Origin: a virus
Lineage: Duplodnaviria > Caudoviricetes
Strand: one strand, 5' to 3'
Length of the DNA stretch: 64,000 nucleotides
IMG/VR virus record: IMGVR_UViG_3300025600_000004
Location: 15,564 to 79,563 of that record
Shown: positions 10,010-18,108 of the stretch, one piece after another
How the letters are laid out: each line of letters opens with the position of its first letter
How positions within the stretch are numbered: position 1 is the stretch's first letter
Translations under genes and position numbers: made by a program
Notes under the pieces: model-generated
The model's input: only the letters and a program-made list of their open reading frames with translations
Told to the model about the DNA's origin: nothing
Databases searched by the model: none

Positions 10010-12199
10010 ATAGGGAAGAGCACTGGCAAAACAATTTTATCCATAGCTGGCATCGCATTCGGCTTAGGAGGCACAGGCTCCTGGGGATGGCTAGGGAAGG
10101 GCATAGCTGGCGGTGGATTGACGGGGGCAATGGCAGGACTATCCCTCGCATCAACGATATGGTCTGCGTTGCATCCACCGACTACTACGTACAACTTCGA
10201 CGCAACTAAGAATGTCATAGCCAATGATGCAATGATACCCATAGTATATGGCACGAGGAAGTGGGGAGGCATACAAACCTGGGCATTCACAGCCTCCGAT
10301 GGAGCCACGCAGACCAAGGATATCATCATATCCGAAGGTAATATCAGCGGAGTCTCTGGCATAACGGCGAATTGCCTATTACTCACCACTGGTGATACCT
10401 TGTTCTCTCTGCAGAATGCAGTGTACGCAGATGCCACTGTTCACGTCTACGAGTCTGGGTCACCTACACCGAATGACAAGGTACTCGCATTGTATGCCAA
10501 TGGAGCTACGACCAACATCGCATTACAAGGACTCTCAGATATAGCTACGGATCAATCCAATGACTTCTCGTGTTCTGGGTTAAAGCTCATGCAACACATA
10601 GAAGAACTAGGGACTGGCTGGGTAGTAACGAATAACGCTGGGGTCGATGTATCCCCAGAAGATATCTATGCGGTGGCATCGACCCCAGCGTATAAAGCCG
10701 AGGTGAATCTCTGTGGGAAAGGCATAGATAACTGCAGCTACACCTTTAGTAACGGTGGGCTCCCAGATAACTATGAAACCGTAGGCAGCTATAAGAACTG
10801 TGCATGGCTAAGGGCGAAGTTCAAGATATCAGAGAAGTTACAGGGGACAAACCCGACCATCTCCGCAGTAGTCAAAGGTAGACTTGTGTATGATCCTCGT
10901 AGCGGAGTTACCGCGTATTCTGAGAATCCAGCGTTATGCCTAAGAGACTATGTACTCAGCAAACGCTTCGGCATGGGTCGATGGATTAAAAACACAGACC
11001 TCGATGAAGATTCATGGATGGAAGTCGCTGATCACTGTGATGGTCTAGTGAGTTACACGGATGCCTACGGGCATACAGTGACAGAACCTCGGTATCGTCT
11101 CAATATCATCTTAGCAGAGAAGCAGAAGAACATAGCTAACATCCAAGCCATCCTTGCAGTCTTTGCAGGGTTCTTAGTTTTTTCAGGGGATAAACTGAGT
11201 CTTCGCGTGGAGAAACAGGAGAGTATATCGTATTCCTTTGATCCATCGAATATCAAGAAGGATTCAGTGAAGTTTGACCAAGTAGACCTTGAGTCATCCC
11301 CAAATCGCTATGAGATTACTTACTATGATCCAGCGCAGAACTGGGTAGGAGTCAAGGTTCAAGTCGAAGACTCCGCAGACCAACATTGGCGTGGCAATGT
11401 AATTAACAAGGATGTCCAGTTGCAAGGCTGCATACATCAAGGACAAGCATTGCGTCTAGGGCGCATCTATAAGGCGTTGAATAGGCTGTGTCCTAACATT
11501 GTAACCTTCTCCACTGGAACCCATGCGCTCCACCTGCAACCTGGGGATGTCATTGGATTCACCTATGGAATACTAACGAACATGTCGATGCGAATCCTGA
11601 GCATCAGTGAATCCAAGGGTACATGGACTATCAAGGCTCAACAGTACAATCTTAGTATTTACGACGATGCCCTGGGTTCACAGATATCTGTGAGCAACTA
11701 TGTACAAGTACCCATAGCAACCTTAGTTAGTGCTAATAATCCAATGATGTCAGGCACAGCTACAATAAACGAGGTCACAGTCGCAGTAGCCACTGACGTA
11801 TCCGATGCACTGACCACAGCAAAGACATACACAGATAGTGCAGTGTCTAGCATAGTACTGCCTGACTCTGGGATCACCGCAGGAACCTATCGCAGTTTGA
11901 CAGTGAATGCCAAAGGAATCGCAGTGGCAGGGAGTAATCCCAGCACCGTAGCTGACATTGGAATAACCGATGTATATACGAAGACACAAGTGGATGCCAA
12001 GGATGGAACTAAGGCAAACTCTGCAAGCCTCGTAAGCACTGGGCCAACGATACTAGGGTGCTCTGCGATTAGTGGCACTGGGGCATTAGCAAGCAAACAA
12101 ATGAGCTTCTATGTAGATGAGACAACTAATCTTCTGTATCTAATGTATAAAAGAAGCGATGGTGTTGTCAAATCATACTCATTAACACCATACGCATAA
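10010..12199 (+). CDS. Tail tip/host-specificity hub protein (lambda J-like); likely ATA start at 10010 (track uses TTG 10118)
   Basis: IPIVYGTR, VKGRLVYDPR, YSENPALCLRDY, LQPGDVI motifs; Gly-rich N-terminus continuous from 10010. Confidence 0.88.
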   Translation: MGKSTGKTILSIAGIAFGLGGTGSWGWLGKGIAGGGLTGAMAGLSLASTIWSALHPPTTTYNFDATKNVIANDAMIPIVYGTRKWGGIQTWAFTASDGATQTKDIIISEGNISGVSGITANCLLLTTGDTLFSLQNAVYADATVHVYESGSPTPNDKVLALYANGATTNIALQGLSDIATDQSNDFSCSGLKLMQHIEELGTGWVVTNNAGVDVSPEDIYAVASTPAYKAEVNLCGKGIDNCSYTFSNGGLPDNYETVGSYKNCAWLRAKFKISEKLQGTNPTISAVVKGRLVYDPRSGVTAYSENPALCLRDYVLSKRFGMGRWIKNTDLDEDSWMEVADHCDGLVSYTDAYGHTVTEPRYRLNIILAEKQKNIANIQAILAVFAGFLVFSGDKLSLRVEKQESISYSFDPSNIKKDSVKFDQVDLESSPNRYEITYYDPAQNWVGVKVQVEDSADQHWRGNVINKDVQLQGCIHQGQALRLGRIYKALNRLCPNIVTFSTGTHALHLQPGDVIGFTYGILTNMSMRILSISESKGTWTIKAQQYNLSIYDDALGSQISVSNYVQVPIATLVSANNPMMSGTATINEVTVAVATDVSDALTTAKTYTDSAVSSIVLPDSGITAGTYRSLTVNAKGIAVAGSNPSTVADIGITDVYTKTQVDAKDGTKANSASLVSTGPTILGCSAISGTGALASKQMSFYVDETTNLLYLMYKRSDGVVKSYSLTPYA

Positions 12200-12211
12200 G
12201 GAGGTAATGAC

Positions 12212-12568
12212 ATGGCAGGAATCTATGATTTACAGATCGACCAAGGAGCCACATTCAGCCAAGGGTTCGCATGGCAGGACGGTGTAGGCAGAGGAATTAA
12301 TCTCAATGGGTACACTGGGTCTTGCGTCATCCGTAGGTCTGCACAGGATGCCACAGTATTGGCTACGGCCTCCGTAGTTATCACCGATGCACTCAATGGT
12401 AGATTCATGGTGATGATGGACTTCACTGACACAGCAGGGATATCCGTAGATGGTACTAGTTGCTATGACAAGCTACAGTATGTCTTCGATGTATATTTCA
12501 CCAATGGAGTTAGTAGATACAGAGTAGTCAATGGGTATGCCTATGTATCCCCACAGGTGACACGATGA
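12212..12568 (+). CDS. Baseplate/fibre adaptor (BppU-N-like beta domain)
   Basis: YDLQIDQGATF...INLNGY...YVFDVYFT...YRVVNG pattern. Confidence 0.6.
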   Translation: MAGIYDLQIDQGATFSQGFAWQDGVGRGINLNGYTGSCVIRRSAQDATVLATASVVITDALNGRFMVMMDFTDTAGISVDGTSCYDKLQYVFDVYFTNGVSRYRVVNGYAYVSPQVTR

Positions 12569-12759
12569 GCAAAGTTAACAAGGAATATTACAGTATTGTT
12601 ATGGGAGAGCCTATGAGTTCAATAGATCATATAGGACATCAAGGAGAACTAGGTGTATCACCTGGTATCATAGGAAATCCAGGAAATGTAGGACTTCGAG
12701 GAGCCTTGTATGATACAAGCATCCATGATACAGCAACGAATACGGAGGTGGCGCAATGA
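12565..12759 (+). CDS. Small tail-associated protein with short Gly-X-Y stretch
   Basis: GHQGELGVSPGIIGNPGNVGLRG; coupled to neighbours. Confidence 0.45.
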   Translation: MSKVNKEYYSIVMGEPMSSIDHIGHQGELGVSPGIIGNPGNVGLRGALYDTSIHDTATNTEVAQ

Positions 12760-13595
12760 GTGATTACATAGTAATATCTGAGGGTAGCATGGGGGTTCAA
12801 GGAGCTACGGGGGCTACTGGGCCTACTGGCGATATAACCGCTGGACACGGAACTATGACTGGTGCTGAACAAGGGCCAATCCTAGTACTTAACAATGGGG
12901 TGGACTCTAATTACCTTGAATTTGCAAAGACAGGACATACAGTCAAGGGGTCAGTTGGTGCTCTTGGGGCATTCGAGATGAATATTAGCTATAATATGGA
13001 CTATAAAACTGGAATCCATAAATACTACGATTCCACCGAAAATGCCCATTGGATCGCCATGAATGACAATGGAATATATCTGCAATACGCCCCTAAGAAT
13101 TATGTAACTGACGGTGATATTTGGGATGAACAAGGAAGACTTTATAACTGGCGCGTTGACCCATCAGGACATCAAACTATTGGTGGACACTTAACCATTG
13201 GGGAGCATTTGACAGATTTTGCAGTGATCGAAACGGCTAATACCACAGCAAGTTTAGCCTTAAATACTAATCAATCAATGGTATTTAACATCAATGCTAT
13301 TGGGAGCAATCCTGGTACATCTTACTTTTGGGGAGTTGGCAGAAGTAGACTAACTGATGGGACAACTCTAATGAAGCTTACAAGTGATGGTCACCTTGGC
13401 TTAAAGGTAACAGATCCTCAAACTACATTGCATACTGGTGGCAATACCATTATTGGAGTAGATGGGGCTGGCGCAACGACGTCATGGTTAGGCAATAAGC
13501 AATGTTTGATATGGTTACTTGATGATACTACTTTACGCTTTAGCGTTAAAGGGTCAGATGGAGTTACAAGAGCTGCTTCACTAACGCTAGTATAA
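12756..13595 (+). CDS. Tail fibre/receptor-binding protein
   Basis: N-terminal GXY repeats, beta-rich body, LGLKVTDPQTTLHTGG fibre-like motif. Confidence 0.7.
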   Translation: MSDYIVISEGSMGVQGATGATGPTGDITAGHGTMTGAEQGPILVLNNGVDSNYLEFAKTGHTVKGSVGALGAFEMNISYNMDYKTGIHKYYDSTENAHWIAMNDNGIYLQYAPKNYVTDGDIWDEQGRLYNWRVDPSGHQTIGGHLTIGEHLTDFAVIETANTTASLALNTNQSMVFNINAIGSNPGTSYFWGVGRSRLTDGTTLMKLTSDGHLGLKVTDPQTTLHTGGNTIIGVDGAGATTSWLGNKQCLIWLLDDTTLRFSVKGSDGVTRAASLTLV

Positions 13596-13614
13596 ATAGG
13601 AAGGGGAAATTAAA

Positions 13615-13773
13615 ATGATAGAACAAATTAAACAACGTCAAAATGCACTATTGGTAGGATTGGCTGATTTATTCGTACAGAAAGAACAACTTGAAACAAG
13701 GATTGATGGTCAGAAAATAGCAATACAAGAATTAGGGAATTTGATTAAAACAGTGGAAGAACCGAGCGTATAA
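13615..13773 (+). CDS. Small coiled-coil protein (possible fibre chaperone), 52 aa, not in track
   Basis: MIEQIKQRQNALLVGLADLFVQKEQLETRIDGQKIAIQELGNLIKTVEEPSV after AGGAAGGGG RBS. Confidence 0.55.
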   Translation: MIEQIKQRQNALLVGLADLFVQKEQLETRIDGQKIAIQELGNLIKTVEEPSV

Positions 13774-13798
13774 CACATAGGGATGATGCAATGTTATT

Positions 13799-14536
13799 CT
13801 ATTGATTTGTATATTTAGATATTGCATCTTTCCAAAAGTTATACCCTTTATCGTTTAAATGTACACCATCATTGGTTAAGTTAATATTTAATTGATCTTG
13901 ATAGGACATAAGTGAATAAAGGTCGATATATGATAGATTATATTTTTCAGATAACAGATGTATTTCTTTATTGCAAATTATAACCTTTTCATTATTTGTA
14001 AGATTTTTATTAGCGTTATATATAATTCCGTTGATTGGCAAAATACTTTGGACAAATATCTTAGTATTTGGCAACTCTTTCGTAATCTTTCCCAATATTT
14101 TATCATAATTAGATATAATTTCTTGAATAGCTACACCATTGCTAATATCATTAATTCCTATCATTAAAAAAACCTTGTTAGGATTTGATTTTATTACATT
14201 ATCCAATCTGTTCAATACGCCATAAGTTGTATCTGAACTTATTCCGCGATTTTTGATATTTTGGTTTTGCAGTAGCTCACTCCACTCGCATCCATCTGTA
14301 ATGCTATCTCCTAAAAAAATAGTGGCATTATCCGATATTGGAAGACTTTTAAACAAATCTGTTCTGTTTTTATAGTAAGGATCACTGGTAATAGGCTGAC
14401 TTTCTGACGCTCCCACCGTTGTGGTTATCCGATTTATAATATATGTTATACCACCCTTTCTGCAGACAACAACACAAGCCATTGATAAAAATACAATATT
14501 AAAAACAATCGATAATATTAAGATTTTCTTGTTCAA
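13799..14536 (-). CDS. Membrane-anchored SGNH/GDSL esterase (moron); start TTG 14536
   Basis: Blocks FLGDSITDG, GISSDTT, MIGIND, DGVHLN; N-terminal TM; visibly AT-rich; GAGGTG RBS. Confidence 0.88.
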   Translation of the reverse strand: MNKKILILSIVFNIVFLSMACVVVCRKGGITYIINRITTTVGASESQPITSDPYYKNRTDLFKSLPISDNATIFLGDSITDGCEWSELLQNQNIKNRGISSDTTYGVLNRLDNVIKSNPNKVFLMIGINDISNGVAIQEIISNYDKILGKITKELPNTKIFVQSILPINGIIYNANKNLTNNEKVIICNKEIHLLSEKYNLSYIDLYSLMSYQDQLNINLTNDGVHLNDKGYNFWKDAISKYTNQ

Positions 14537-14604
14537 ACTAACCACCTCAATATCATTATATCCTATCACTTGTGCAAATATTGTCATATTTAAGGAGGCT
14601 CCCC

Positions 14605-14859
14605 ATGATCCCACAGCTAATCCAAGCCCTTCCCCTGATACTCTCAGACTCCCAAGATCCCAAGGACATCTCAGAAACCAGAGTCATCGCAGCGTTGTTT
14701 GCGGTGGCTCTCTTAGTTTCCCTGCCCATCGTATTCCTATGGCTTCCACAGTACATCACTGAATTCAAAGGATACTGGAGCGATGCGTTGTTATTCCTCG
14801 GCTCTCTCTTAGGAGCCAATGTCATCAAGAAGTTTACACCGATAAAACAAGGAGGTTAA
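14605..14859 (+). CDS. Holin (two TM helices)
   Basis: AGGAGG RBS then ATG 14605; two hydrophobic segments and basic C-terminus; upstream of endolysin. Confidence 0.7.
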   Translation: MIPQLIQALPLILSDSQDPKDISETRVIAALFAVALLVSLPIVFLWLPQYITEFKGYWSDALLFLGSLLGANVIKKFTPIKQGG

Positions 14860-14861
14860 CT

Positions 14862-15170
14862 ATGGAATCACTGACACACTTAGAACAGCGTGTAGAAAGA
14901 CTAGAGGATTCAATGAAATCCCTAGCCTCCCTCCCAGCACAATTCGAGATACTCATAGGATTACAAAGGGAAGCCAATGCAGACTCCAAAGAATTAACCA
15001 AGCACATCACAGAAACCTACGCATCCAAGGAACTCTGTGCTGAGAGACATAAGAATATCAATGATGATGCACAGGATAACAAAGACTTCCGCAAGTGGGT
15101 CTATGGTTCCTTGGTAGTCGGTGCTGGCACTGTAATCATGGAATTAACAAAGTATATAGGAGGTAAATAA
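14862..15170 (+). CDS. Holin-like/XhlA-like membrane protein
   Basis: N-terminal coiled coil (LEQRVERLE), C-terminal TM; immediately before amidase. Confidence 0.55.
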   Translation: MESLTHLEQRVERLEDSMKSLASLPAQFEILIGLQREANADSKELTKHITETYASKELCAERHKNINDDAQDNKDFRKWVYGSLVVGAGTVIMELTKYIGGK

Positions 15171-15171
15171 G

Positions 15172-15693
15172 ATGAACAAAGTAACCTTAGTAGGTCTACA
15201 GACCCTCGCAGAGTCCGCCAAAGGTTCCATTGACCGCATATATCTCCATTGGTCTGCAGGGCATTATACTCAGTACTTCGATGACTACCATATCAACATC
15301 AATGGTGACGGTGAAATCTATGCCAGCACCGATGATCTCACAGAGCACAAGTCTCACACATGGCACAGGAATTCCAGAGCCATCGGTGTCAGCCTTTGCT
15401 GTTGTTGCAATGCTACATCGGATGACTTAGGTTCCGAGCCACCTACGACTGCACAGATTGAATCCATGGCACAAGTCATCGCAGTACTGTGTAAATACCT
15501 CGAATTGCCCTGTGACTATTCCGTAGTACGCACCCATGGAGAACAAGGAGACGAAGAAGATCCAGGGTATGGTCAAAGCACCACATGTGAACGATGGGAC
15601 TTGGCATTGCTGAGGAACGGAGACGCATGGGGCAGCGGTGGCAATACACTGAGAGGCAAAGGTAACTACTACATTGCCCAGGGAAGTTTATGA
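15172..15693 (+). CDS. Endolysin, N-acetylmuramoyl-L-alanine amidase (Amidase_2-like)
   Basis: IYLHWSAG, YHININGDG, HTWHRNSRAIGVSLC, VRTH zinc-amidase motifs. Confidence 0.88.
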   Translation: MNKVTLVGLQTLAESAKGSIDRIYLHWSAGHYTQYFDDYHININGDGEIYASTDDLTEHKSHTWHRNSRAIGVSLCCCCNATSDDLGSEPPTTAQIESMAQVIAVLCKYLELPCDYSVVRTHGEQGDEEDPGYGQSTTCERWDLALLRNGDAWGSGGNTLRGKGNYYIAQGSL

Positions 15694-15932
15694 CTCTCAC
15701 TGACTTACTCACAGTAATCTATGACAACAGGGATGCGATGTTGGCAAAGTATCCGAGGGATACCAAGATAATCATTGATGTCCATAATAACCTAGCGTTA
15801 AACGTGGATAAACTCATAAAATCCAATGTAACTGCCTAGGAGGACGCTGGTGTACTTTTATGGAATCACATAGGTTCACCATAGTCCTACCTGGATTAAA
15901 CGTCTGTAATCCACGACTACAAGGAGGTTTCT

Positions 15933-16496
15933 ATGACATCATTAGGAATTATAAAGGATTACTGGAAATACCTAGTAATCTTCGTACTCGGAGTTGCCCT
16001 TGGATGCTGGGTGACCTATCAATGGTTTCCGAGGGAAGTCACAGTTGCCCCAGTATCCGAAGTATCAGCCAATGTTGAACTCAAGGATCACACAGAAGTC
16101 AGCTATGTGCCCAAAGTTAACAACGAATCCACAGATGTCGAAGTGAACAAAGCGTTGCCTGTGGTGACAGTGAAGGTCAATGGAGTGACTACGGCAATGC
16201 CACTGATTCAAGGTGAGACTCAGAAATTTGACAAAGGCAAGATCATAGTGGATCAGAGTACTTCATTGAAAGTCGATGTGACTGCCCAGGTTCAGTCTCA
16301 GATTGAACAGGGTATTGCCGATGCTTTTGCTAAGGAGTCTAAGAAATCCAAGGTTAAGCTGGGAGTCGAAGGTTCATTGGATAGCAATGTCAAAACCGAT
16401 GCACAACTGAGGCTGTCTCGGCAATCTGAGAAATTCGACATTGACATCAGAGTAAATCAAAAGAAACAAAGTATCAGTGGAACATTGTGGTTCTAA
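15933..16496 (+). CDS. Putative spanin-like outer-membrane disruption protein
   Basis: Last gene of lysis cassette; N-terminal TM, beta-rich body, C-terminal ...SISGTLWF. Confidence 0.5.
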   Translation: MTSLGIIKDYWKYLVIFVLGVALGCWVTYQWFPREVTVAPVSEVSANVELKDHTEVSYVPKVNNESTDVEVNKALPVVTVKVNGVTTAMPLIQGETQKFDKGKIIVDQSTSLKVDVTAQVQSQIEQGIADAFAKESKKSKVKLGVEGSLDSNVKTDAQLRLSRQSEKFDIDIRVNQKKQSISGTLWF

Positions 16497-16514
16497 ATGA
16501 CTCATCAGAGTCCT

Positions 16515-16557
16515 GCGGGGAATCTTAGGCTTAGGCTTAGGGTTCCCCGCTTTTCTT
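16515..16557 (+). terminator. Terminator closing the late/lysis transcript
   Basis: GCGGGGAATC...GGTTCCCCGC stem followed by TTTTCTT. Confidence 0.8.
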
Positions 16558-16582
16558 CGTTGTATTTCTAAGAAACATTTCA

Positions 16583-16621
16583 AAGAAACATATTGACACA
16601 ATGTTTCCTAGGTGGTATAGT
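16583..16621 (+). promoter_or_regulatory. sigma70/sigmaA early promoter
   Basis: AAGAAACATA-TTGACA-17 nt-TATAGT with TG extension. Confidence 0.8.
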
Positions 16622-16656
16622 AGGTACATAGGAAATGCGAAGGAGGCGAAGTAACA

Positions 16657-16863
16657 ATGTTTACAGAGGAATCAGAGAGGAAAACCGATGTATTCGGCAG
16701 GAAGTACATATGGATTATTACTACGACAACTACGTTCATGTCTATGGAAATCAATGTGTATCATAGTGCCCATGATAGCTATTGGGATGCTGAGGTTTAC
16801 GCAGAGGAAAGTCATTGGCTCAGAGATAGTCCATACAAGATCAAAAGAGACATAGTGAGATAA
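16657..16863 (+). CDS. Hypothetical early protein
   Basis: GGAGG RBS, first ORF after early promoter. Confidence 0.55.
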   Translation: MFTEESERKTDVFGRKYIWIITTTTTFMSMEINVYHSAHDSYWDAEVYAEESHWLRDSPYKIKRDIVR

Positions 16864-17006
16864 GGAGGAACAGTGATGTTCGAAGAATACAAAGCTGAAT
16901 ACCGAATCAACAAAGCATCCATCGATACCAAGGCTCTATGGAATACTATGCTTGCAGTGACATTCATCACAGTACTGGTGTTGCTATGAAGAACGGAGGA
17001 ACAACA

Positions 17007-17360
17007 ATGAAACCACAGATAGGACAAAGGGTATTCTTGAAACCAGTGGGCGACGCAGCTCGCAGAGGCAACACTGTCATCAAGGAATACATCGTATCAA
17101 AGGTAGGCAGGAAATACTTTGAAGCATGGGACGGGTCATGGAAATACTCTGCCATAAAGTTTCACATTGAAGGACTTAGGCAAGTCACAGATTACTCAGT
17201 AGACTATGAATTATACTTTGATATGCAGGAAATCATTGATGAACGAGAATGCGAGGTGCTCATTGATGATCTCAGGAAAGTCATCGGAAACTATGGGCCA
17301 CCAAAGTTATCCTTAGATCAACTACGTCGTATCAATGCAATCATCAAGGAGGGGTTATGA
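17007..17360 (+). CDS. Hypothetical early protein (IGQRVFL...KVGRKYF beta-barrel type)
   Basis: GGAGG RBS before ATG 17007. Confidence 0.6.
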   Translation: MKPQIGQRVFLKPVGDAARRGNTVIKEYIVSKVGRKYFEAWDGSWKYSAIKFHIEGLRQVTDYSVDYELYFDMQEIIDERECEVLIDDLRKVIGNYGPPKLSLDQLRRINAIIKEGL

Positions 17361-17478
17361 CAGTATTCATAGACAAACACAATGTAATATTCTACGTCAA
17401 TTCACAGGATTCCCTGGATGCCCTGTTTTATGCTGAGGGAATGTATGTAGTGGCAATGGATGGCATTGGAGGTGTACG

Positions 17479-17796
17479 ATGACTATAAAGATCAACTGTG
17501 TATACTGTGGCGAACCTATCAGATCATACCAAGAATGCGCTGGATATCCTAGTGCTCAATGCTTGGATTGTCTCATCAAAGCCAACATAGAATCCAAGAA
17601 GGACTATCTATGGAATCTAAGAGAATCATACAGATCCAAGAGTCTCAGTATTTCAATAGTTAACGCAGATGAATCAGTGGACAAAATCTACGATGTCTCT
17701 GGGATGTCACGTAGTAATATTCACTGGCTACTTAGTAGAATACCGATGTACTTAACCAATGGCAAATATGTAGAACTCAAGGAGGAATTACAATGA
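17479..17796 (+). CDS. Hypothetical protein with CxxC...CxxC
   Basis: GGAGG RBS; CVYC and CLDC. Confidence 0.55.
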   Translation: MTIKINCVYCGEPIRSYQECAGYPSAQCLDCLIKANIESKKDYLWNLRESYRSKSLSISIVNADESVDKIYDVSGMSRSNIHWLLSRIPMYLTNGKYVELKEELQ

Positions 17797-18035
17797 TAAA
17801 ACTCAGAAAGACTCAGTGCCCACACTGTCAACGTACCGTCCATGCAGTCCTAAGTCACGGTGAATGGCGAGGTGAGTGTTCAGTGTGCAGCGATGGGTTT
17901 ACTATGCCTACTGTGTTGCCCGAAGTTTCCGAAGATGAACGTAGACGTGTCGATGAATTCTTTGATAACCTAAGTTTCGATGATCTCAAAGTCAAACTAG
18001 GAGAAGCAGGGTATGCGGAGGATGCCAAGGGATAA
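17793..18035 (+). CDS. Hypothetical zinc-finger protein containing an in-frame copy of the 28-bp motif
   Basis: CPHC/CSVC; MPTVLPEVS encoded by motif at 17903. Confidence 0.55.
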   Translation: MIKLRKTQCPHCQRTVHAVLSHGEWRGECSVCSDGFTMPTVLPEVSEDERRRVDEFFDNLSFDDLKVKLGEAGYAEDAKG

Positions 18036-18108
18036 CTATGTCTACCTTGTTGCCCAAAGTTTCCTAGGGATATGGAGTGGCTTCCTAAGTAGCCGAAGGA
18101 GGGATTAG

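Noticed and set aside
10000-10209. Track ORF MMNHREEH as a gene
   Set aside because: Its start abuts or overlaps the SD and it overlaps the J-like N-terminus, which is the better-supported frame
10118-13595. Diversity-generating retroelement targeting tail genes
   Set aside because: No reverse transcriptase and no TR/VR repeat pair differing at adenines seen in the window
16525-16542. TTAGGC-TTAGGC-TTAGGG telomere-like run
   Set aside because: Only three units, forming the loop of a terminator; likely chance
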